Assembly (NCBI GenBank): GCA_951406725.2
Contig: OX597831.1
Coordinates: forward strand, 60,698,001-60,762,000
DNA length: 64,000 nucleotides
Origin: Octopus vulgaris
Taxonomy: Eukaryota
Direction of reading: 5' to 3'
Below the pieces are notes generated by a model that was not told where the DNA came from, made no database searches, and was given only the letters and a program-made list of their open reading frames with translations. Below, one piece after another: positions 55,260 to 64,000 of the stretch (the stretch's first letter is position 1; each line of letters opens with the position of its first letter). The position numbers and the translations under genes are program-made.

Positions 55260-55640
55260 AGACAGCGAGCTGGCAGAAATGCTTAGTGGTATTTCGTCTG
55301 CCGCTACGTTCTGAGTTCAAACTCCGCCGTAGTCGACTTTGCCTTTCATCCTTTCGGGGTCGATTACATAAGTACCAGTTACGCACTGGGGTCGATCTAA
55401 TCGATTTAATCCGTTTGTCTGTCCTTGTTTGTTCCCTCTGTGTGTAGTCCCTTGTGGGCAGTAAAGGAATAGGTATTTCGCCTGTCTTTACCTTTTGTTC
55501 AATTTCCGTCGAGGTCGAATTTGCCTTTCATCCTTTCGGGATCGATAAATAAAGTACTAGTTGCGTACTGGTTTCGGTCTAATCGACTGGCCCCTCCCAC
55601 CAATAATTTCAGTTTTTGTGTCTAGTGTAGAAAGGAATGT
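55260..55640 (+). mobile_element. SINE family A with duplicated core (two units)
   Basis: Unit 1 at 55260-55471. Unit 2 at 55472-55640 ends in a different tail (TTGTGTCTAGTGTAGAAAGGAAT). Confidence 0.85.
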
Positions 55641-57283
55641 TATTTTCGTTCTCGAGATTAATAGGGAAGATGATTGTTGATCCATTTAGTAATTATTAGA
55701 TATCCCCAACGAAACAAATATTTCACTATAAACAGAAGATTAGCGAATCACACTCAATGCGAAATAACGTACACATTAAAGTGTAAAATGAAGTATTTTG
55801 TTATTTAATAACTAGAAATCTCTACAACCATGAAAGAAATCAACATTTCATTCAAAAGTACATGTCAAATATTGTAGCATTCAATATAGCGAATTATGAT
55901 TATGCGGAATGTTGATGAGTTAATATGATTCCCGTATGTATTCGATGTACAACCTCGGAATATGACAATCACCATGAGTTATAAGGCTTGCGTATGAAGA
56001 GTGGAATGTCTGAGGAATTATTTATTTTGCCTTACCATGACACAGGTGATTTCTATCGTATCTATCTCTTTTGCTAATTTGGTGCCATAAGTGCAGTCCT
56101 TTACATAGATTTGATTGTAATACGCTAGCTCCTCAGTCTGCAAGAAATACTTGGGCTGGTTTGGCAATGTGAGAACTGACATTGAAATAAAACCAAACAA
56201 CATGACATTCTCGGTCTAAAACTCTTCTAGTTCTTCCCACTATAAGAGAGGTGAGGACTAAATTGTACTATTGCTTTCATTTTCTTAGGAATGGGTTATA
56301 GGAGTGAAATACTACTACTGCCATAGTTATCAGCATTCAGAACACAAACGAACACAAAATGTCGTATACGGCTCTCCAGGTGATTTTTTAAAGCTATAGG
56401 AATATAAATAACATAACTAAAACTGATGTGGAAAATAAAATTTATAAACACGTTGGTTATTCATGATCTCTAACGTCTCCGATGATATGAGCTATTATAA
56501 CTTCTTAATTATTTATTAGCTATACATCACACTGAAATTAGCCGCCTGATGTTAGGAATTCTGCTACGGAACTGCAAGTAACAGCAATTCTTGAGGCAGC
56601 TGTGACTTAAATTACCATTCAGAATTTACTAATTTGAAGATATGTGGTACAATAGAAAAAAGTATATGATTGCAATTAAAATGATAGCTTCAAGTTATAT
56701 TTCTGCTGTAGAATACCAATAATGCATTTAATTGTGTCATGACAATTTATGAAAATCAAAATAAAGAGTCAAGAGAGAATAGAAGATCCGAGTTACATAT
56801 GTATTATAGCGAAGGTGACATTAATTCTATTATTAGAATTAATGACACCTTCGTAAATTAATTTTTGGTGATTTACTTTTCTCGTAAATTGTATCGAGAT
56901 TATTTTACACTGGTGGCTGTTATGATTTCGGCGCGAAACCAATCAGTTGCAGCACAGACTTCGAAGCGATAGGTTTTGAGTCTCTGATCATGGTAACACG
57001 TGCTGAAGAAACTAAGGTTTTATTTTACCAATGCAGAAACCGGGCCGCGTGACTCCAAATATTCAAATGTATGTTAGTAGAGTGTCTTAACCTGATTTTG
57101 CCTTCGTTTGATTTCTGTAGTTTTCATCAGTGTATTTTTTATGCGATTTAATAAGAATTTTGACTGTTATTTCTATCAGGTAGGCATACTTCGTATGTCC
57201 TTTGATTAATTTATGTATTATAGCGAGTAGAACCTCGAAAGTGGTGAGTATCGAAGCGTAGTTTATACGGATGGTTACTCTTC

Positions 57284-58119
57284 GTGCTGTAGGGAAGTTC
57301 AAGATATTTGCATAAATACTTAATAGCAGGTGTGGATTACAAAATATGTAACCGTCATTTGCCACTGCAATATTCAATATGATTTTAGTATTTACAATAA
57401 TATCAAGTGATCATTAGGATAGTAATAACAACCAATGTAGCTGAATGTTTCAAACATCCCTTTATGGGTAAGTACATTATATATACATACCAGTTTGTTT
57501 ATATTTTTATGTATGTATACGTATATATAAATATATATATAAATACATATATATACATATATATATGCATGTATGTATATATATGTATATATATACATAT
57601 ATATACATACATATATATGTATATATATATGTATATGTATATACATATACATATATATACATATATATATACATATATATGTATGTATATATATGTATAT
57701 ATATACATATATATACATACATATATATGTATATATATATGTATATGTATATACATATACATATATATACATATATATATACATATATATGTATGTATAT
57801 ATATGTATATATATACATATATATACATACATGCATATATATATATATGTATATATATGTATTTATATATATTTATATATACGTATACATACATAAAAAT
57901 ATAAACAAACTGGTATGTATATATAATGTACTTAACCACAAAGAGATGTTTGAAACATTCAGCTACATTGGTTGTTATTACTATCCTAATGATCACTTGA
58001 TATTATTGTAAATACTAAAATCATATTGAATATTGCAGTGGCAAATGACGGTTACATATTTTGTAATCCACACCTGCTATTAAGTATTTATGCAGACATC
58101 TTGAAATTCCACAAGGCAC
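57284..58119. repeat. ~835-bp inverted repeat centred on an AT-rich 110-bp tandem repeat
   Basis: Arms at about 57284-57570 and 57830-58119. Centre units are 57571-57680, 57681-57790 and partial 57791-57832. Confidence 0.95.
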
Positions 58120-58839
58120 CTCTTTTAGATTCCATATCAATGATGCTGTAAAGTAAATGCTTGTGTTACTCGTAGTTGTATTTTATTGTCACATAATTCC
58201 AAAAGGATGAAATGGATATTCCCCTAAAATTGTTCTGATTTGCGTGATCTATGATTAAGTACCGTTTTTGCAGTTTTAGGTTGCATGGGAAAGGCAGTAA
58301 AATCATTCTCACGCCTACGCCAATGCTTATATAAATTTCCATTAACTTGAAAATAAATTTGAAAATCTGGATCTTCTCTTGGATACAATAACCTTGTAAT
58401 CTTTCCCTAACAAATGTAACACTTTTAAACTTTGGTAATGAAGTAATGTTCTTCATTCCGTACCGCATTTGGTCAAGCATGGGCATGTAGCATTCATGTC
58501 GGTCATTGTTCGTCTATTCGGGGAATTCTAAAAATGTTACATTCTGCTTACCGGTCAATCATCATTTTAAAGTAGACTGAAATCTTCCACATAATACATT
58601 CATTAATCAATGCATGTTCAGAATGAAGTGGTGAACAAAGCTATACAAATACTGGATTACAAACATAAAGAACGTATTGGTGACTCTGAATGAGAGTATA
58701 TACTTTCAGTGAGAATTTTAAATCTCAATAATACCCTTCATTGAAGTTACATTGGTAGCAATTAACAAGTTACAATATACAGATCTGTACGTCCATAAGC
58801 AATAAAATCGCACAGACCAAAATAGCCGCCTCTTGATTA

Positions 58840-59520
58840 CAAAGCGTAACAACACTTCTATCGGTATGTACCCAGTTTTCTCCGTGATACATGTAGATTA
58901 ATAAATCTTTTTTGCTGTATTAGCAGAAATGTATGTGGGATTCTCTGTATTATATGAAAGCAGTAATTTGTACGCATGATATTCCTTTCTTTTATACCTG
59001 GGAAGTTGTTGATAGATACTTACAAATGAGTGCAACTAGGGGCAAATCGACTTGACCAGGGCTGGGTAATTTTGTAGGTCATATGGCGATTCTGTAAGTT
59101 ACCACCATCTAAAGATTTTAAAAATTTAAAGCGGTCGTTGTGATTGGGCAGATTCGGGAGATTTGGTAATCCTATTTGTAAGGATATAATTATATTTTGT
59201 CTACAGAAGTTAAGTGGAAATATTTATATGTAAGCGGGAATATTTATATGTAAGATACAATATAAAGTTCCGGTGGTTAATGTACAATTGTAAAACGATC
59301 AATATTGGGATATTGTAACACAGAATGTGCTGAATCTTGCCGCATACAGTTGAAGTTTCAAAAGAAACCAGTTTTTCTACTGCACAGCAGGCTATATCAG
59401 TGAACTGAAGGTGTGTTACATTCAACAAATTTTGCAATGACATTTTTGAAGGATGTAATATGAAAGATGCCGGGGTATTTACAGTTGCCCTTTAGTATAG
59501 TGTATAGTTTTTTTGAGATT
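58840..59520 (-). pseudogene. Possible decayed leucine-rich-repeat (Toll-like?) gene
   Basis: LQNLLNVTHLQF, LTNRIT, FKFLKSLDGGN/LTESPYDLQNYPALV and KLLLSYN/IQRIPHTFL resemble LxxLxLxxNxLxxLP units across frameshifts. Confidence 0.35.
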
Positions 59521-59972
59521 ACGGCAAGACCTGTGAGTTATTGTGTTTAAATTTTGTGGAATGGCATGTATTAAGATGAAAGTAGAAAGAATGTGATAAA
59601 AATGTATTTCTCGTTATTGCCAGTTTTATACCATAGGCAATTTCTGATAGTATACGCAAGAACATTTCTGACAGTATATCTTTTTTAATGTGTTATGCTA
59701 ATTCCGCCAATTATATCTAACGCATCTACTTATTAAAGTTCTAAAAGGAATTTATATCGAGAAAAAAATAATATAATTAAATTCCAAATGTGAAAATTAT
59801 GTAACATGTACACATAGTTTGTGAGTGATAAGTACATTATCTAAATATTTATTGCCGATCTTCGTACTTAACGTGATGCCACTTCAATGCCTTCTAGGTT
59901 GAATGAAACAATATCCTGAATACACACATTAAACGCATAATATTTAATAGCTACGTACCTGTACATACACAC

Positions 59973-60003
<31 letters not shown>

Positions 60004-60014
60004 ATACCGAGAAA

Positions 60015-60097
60015 GAAGAATATGAACATTCAAATTTGATATATATTTCCAGATACTAACTGGAAATATACATAAAGTTTGAATGTTCTAATACTTC
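60015..60097. repeat. Imperfect 38-bp-arm palindrome next to (AT)n
   Basis: 60015-60052 versus 60060-60097. Confidence 0.75.
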
Positions 60098-60366
60098 ATC
60101 CTCCTTATAATCAACATTGTACTTTACACTCTAAGTAGCCAAGAAATAAACTTTAACATTTGATGAAAACTGAAACACGTCTACCAAAACCTGCACCATC
60201 TTGATGAAGCAGCCTTGGCATTTTCCTAATATAAATTCGGTATCTGCCTGAATATGATATCCTTCCGCTTACTATATATATATATATGGAGGCGAATAGT
60301 TTCTCCCGTTCCCCACTGAATTTTAGTTCATATATATATATAGTATCATATATATATATATATATA

Positions 60367-61385
60367 TGAACTAAAATTCAGTGGGGAACGGGAGAAACTA
60401 TTCGCCTCCACTTGCTATAAAAGCAGATTGTAATTTTAGCTTGTATTTACCTTAACGCTAATTTTGAAGTGTGCGGTTCGGTTTTAGTAGTTAATTTTTC
60501 AAAGTTACAATGGAAGTGACAAAGAATCATATTCGGCATATTTTGCTTTATGAATTCGATAAAGGCAACAACAGAACGAAAATTATATTAATACAGTATA
60601 TGGGGATCTGACAATAAGAGTAAGCCAGTGTCAACAGTGGTTCCAGAAATTTCTAGCCTGAAACTACAGCCTAGAAAACTAGACTCGTCCTGGAAGATCT
60701 GCAAAGTTCGACGAGGACGTCCTGCAAACCCTGGTGGAACAAAATCCCATAGCAATTGCTGAGGAACCCCCAGAGAAGCTTGAATTTGGTCATTCAACCA
60801 CTCATCGATACATGCATGCCATCTCAAAAGTCAGGTTCCTCATAAAGTTTCTAAGTCTAATCACGCGCAGATTATGAATGTGTGCTCCCCTTCGCTGTCA
60901 CGTCTCACGAATGAACCTCTTATGGCCCGAATAGTGACTGGTGACGAGAAATGGGTTCTTTATTAAAAAAACCATCAAGCGCCGAAGACAGTGAGTAGAG
61001 AAAAGAGAAATACCGGCACCCCAGGTTTTGGAAGGGCTTCGCATACGTAAGATGTTATTAGCTGTTTGGTGGGATATGAAATCTTTAGTTCACTTTGAAC
61101 TTGTAAACCCAAACGAAATGATAACAAAGGAAATCTACTGCGAGTAGCTTGAGCAGTTAAAGCCAGCGCTAGAAGAAAAACAAATATTTTGATTTCAAGA
61201 CGAAAGGTGTTCTTCCCTCAGGATATTGCTCGGCCACATACAGCGAGCATGAGATGCCTAAGGCTGCAGCAGCTCGAATCGAAAACGATGCCCCTCTCAC
61301 CTTATTCGCCGGATAATGCCCCATCTCATTATCACTTATTCCGCAATCTTCAAAACCATTTGGACGGTAAAAATATGAGCTCCCT
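60367..61385 (+). mobile_element. mariner transposon fossil (transposase pseudogene from ATG 60510)
   Basis: MEVTKNHIRHILLYEF, VPH, RIVTGDEKWVLY, VWWD, QDIARPHTA and PYSPDNAPSHYHLFRNLQNHLDGK, with frameshifts and stops. Confidence 0.92.
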
Positions 61386-61739
61386 AGGTGACACCTGCCA
61401 TGGGCAATAGGTATTTTATTTCATATCAGTGGTCGTAGATTATGAATGATTTAAAGAATTAAATTTCAAGCAATTTACCAGTGCGATATGAGAATATGTT
61501 TCTTATGTACCCGTGATGAAAATGAGATTTTAGGGGCCGATTGAAAACTGAAATGAAAGTCATGTAATTCAATGCATGCTTAATGGTTCCTTTATTAATT
61601 GAACTTATTATCATTAAGATAGTGATTCAATAAAAAATATTATATTATAATTATAGGTATATACGCATATTTATATAAGCAAAGACAAATGTCCCTTATT
61701 TTCCAAAATAAGAAGAGCATTAATAATGCTTGAACCGAA

Positions 61740-62340
61740 AGCAATTATAAAAGTCGGCATGATTTCTTTCTAGTCACTTCCATAATTCGGTCAAATTTCG
61801 CTTGGTCGATAAACGGATATCACCATCAGGAGCTTCACCTCAGGCATTGCATTTACGCCATTATAGAAAACAACACACTAATTATCATTGATAAAATTCA
61901 GATAAGCACCTTTTGAATCTCCTAAGAAATTTTTGATTAGCTTACTACTGGTTCAATGACTATACATTAGCATTTTTGACTCGTTTTGTATTTTTATCGT
62001 TACATATTTTTAAATAATATATTGAAATTTTTCTTCTTAATCTTTCATCCCCAAAATAACCTAAGTTCAATAAGATGTCCTTCGCTGAATTGTCAGATGC
62101 TGAATTGTTGCGGCATGCTGTGCAACAACAAGATTATAGTTATGGGCCTTGACAGGGTCTTTGACATGGTATTCCATGTGATTCAGTTCTTGGCTTGATT
62201 AGAGATTCGGGTCAATTATCTCACCAAATATTTTCCCACCCGTGGTTTCCCCTCAGTGCTAGCTTACTCTTCTTTAGAATTCTTCAATCAATTTATTCAC
62301 TTTCCTGTTACCAATCCTAGCATTTGTGTAAACTATCTTC
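61740..62340 (+). mobile_element. Highly degraded LINE RT fragment
   Basis: GLDRVFDMVFH resembles LDxxKAFDxVxH, followed by GFPSVLA resembling GVPQGSVL. Confidence 0.35.
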
Positions 62341-63073
62341 TTTAGTTACCGGAGAAGAGGCATCATTCGACTGTCCATGACTCAATGATGGTACGTAGTT
62401 TCCATTTGAAATGCTTTATTTGCGTACAACATTAAAGACAAAAAGGAGCTGTTACTATTGCAGAAGTGGTGCTCTGCCGCCATGTGCAATTTGAAGACCG
62501 TATATCATTTAATGAAAATGCTGCACCCCCTCTTACATCATTTTCGGATGGCCCCTTTTATCATAACATTAAATAAGATCTATAAGTAGTAATTACCTTT
62601 TGATGCGTTCATTCATCATATAGTTTCATAATTTATATGTTACTCTTATTTATTCTTATTCATCTTCCCCACTGAATTATTACTGCTGCCAATTACACAC
62701 ATATATGTTTGCGCATGAGCATATATCTTTGTCGAAAATCTATTTACAAATAACGATAACATTATTAATCTCATTAATTTCAAATACACTTTACATCCAA
62801 TACTTCCCTATTGCGCTAACTTAATATTGCTAGATTCACTCAACCTGCCATACTTATGATTATTTATTCAATTATGTTCATTTAATCAAGTATTTTAATT
62901 TATCTCACTGATCTTATATTAACTGGTACTAAGCTAATATAAGATTATGAATATAGTTGTTGCTGCAGTTGTTGTTGTTGATAATATTATTATTACTATT
63001 ATTATCATTATAATTATCATTATCGCCGTAAGCACCACCACCATCATTGTAATTACAATTATTAATTTCTAAG

Positions 63074-63260
63074 AGGCAGGTTGGCAGAATTGTTAGAGTG
63101 TTGGAAAAAATGTAATGCGTTATTTATTTCGATTTATTACACTTTGAGTTCAAATTCATGCAGATTATGATTTAGGCTTCCATCCGTCGTTGGTCGTTAA
63201 AAGATTCTTTCGTTAAATACTTGTCTTCTACTCGAAACAACTGGCCTTGTGTTAAAATTA
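63074..63260 (+). mobile_element. SINE family A, very degenerate
   Basis: GTTGGCAGAATTGTTAG...TTGAGTTCAAATTC...GCTTCCATCC...CTGGCCTTGTG. Confidence 0.6.
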
Positions 63261-64000
63261 AAAGGGAGAATCATTGTTGTGCTTCTCATCCAAGTAGTTT
63301 ATTGCAAATGAACATATATGTGAAGCTCTATTAATATCTACTATGTTTTTCTTTACATATGTTGCACTTTTTAACCTTTTGGCTATATCTGTTGAAGGTC
63401 GCCAGTACTATAGAGAACTGATAACTTTCCTTTCCAGATCTAAGTGCAAAAGTCTCGAATATATTTTTGTACTTATGACAAAAACGGCATCGATGGCTTT
63501 CTCGGTTTTCTTTTTCTGGTTGGCTAGCATAGAAAGAAAGGAAATTGAAAGGCGATTCTGAAGCTGAAATATTAGCTGGCCAAAATAAAATACATATTCC
63601 ATATTACCAGAACTGATTTGATTATCAATGATACTAACGGTAGTTTCAATAACAAAGACTGCCATAACAACAAGAGCTGAAAGAACAACAAACTTCTCAA
63701 CCATAAGTGCAAAAACACCATCGCCATGTATAATAATAGCAACGTTCGCTATAGAAAATACGGTGTGTCAAATAACAACGGTAAAACTGACGCCGTTTGC
63801 GGTGGGAGGGAGAAAATTTGTTTCCATCAGCACCACCGCACCATCAAACACAAAACAAAAGCAATTGGGTCGTTGCCTCTACATTAGTGATAGTTCATGA
63901 AATAATCAACATAAACAGCTGCAGCAGAACACGTATAGCAAAATTTAGACCAGGGGATAAATAGAAATCAACAAGTGTAACAAAACATACGATGACAAAT

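Noticed and set aside
63343-63900. Hydrophobic or Thr-rich ORFs at the window end
   Set aside because: Composition fits decayed AAC/ACC triplet repeats, with flanking stops and no motif.

Overview
AT-rich, microsatellite-dense eukaryotic DNA, most likely octopus. This is inferred from SINE families that resemble octopod repeats; the species cannot be fixed from sequence alone. I found no intact protein-coding gene. Most listed ORFs are translations of (AT)n, (CA)n, (ATT)n or (GATA)n repeats. The window holds several tRNA-derived SINE families and LINE fossils (CR1, RTE, Dong/R4-like). It also holds two Tc1/mariner fossils, piggyBac-type and Merlin-type MITEs, a Helentron-like element and a few heavily decayed pseudogene-like stretches (LRR, GPCR, Cys-rich membrane protein). 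The most unusual signal is a set of short non-coding elements with Penelope-type fold-back architecture and hammerhead ribozyme cores. One is a tRNA-headed SINE-like element carrying a minimal hammerhead (3912-4311). There is also a minus-strand hammerhead near 35940-35995 and a nest of palindromic inserts inside (AT)n tracts (29999-30998). Several other long inverted repeats occur. All alignments and folds were done by eye.
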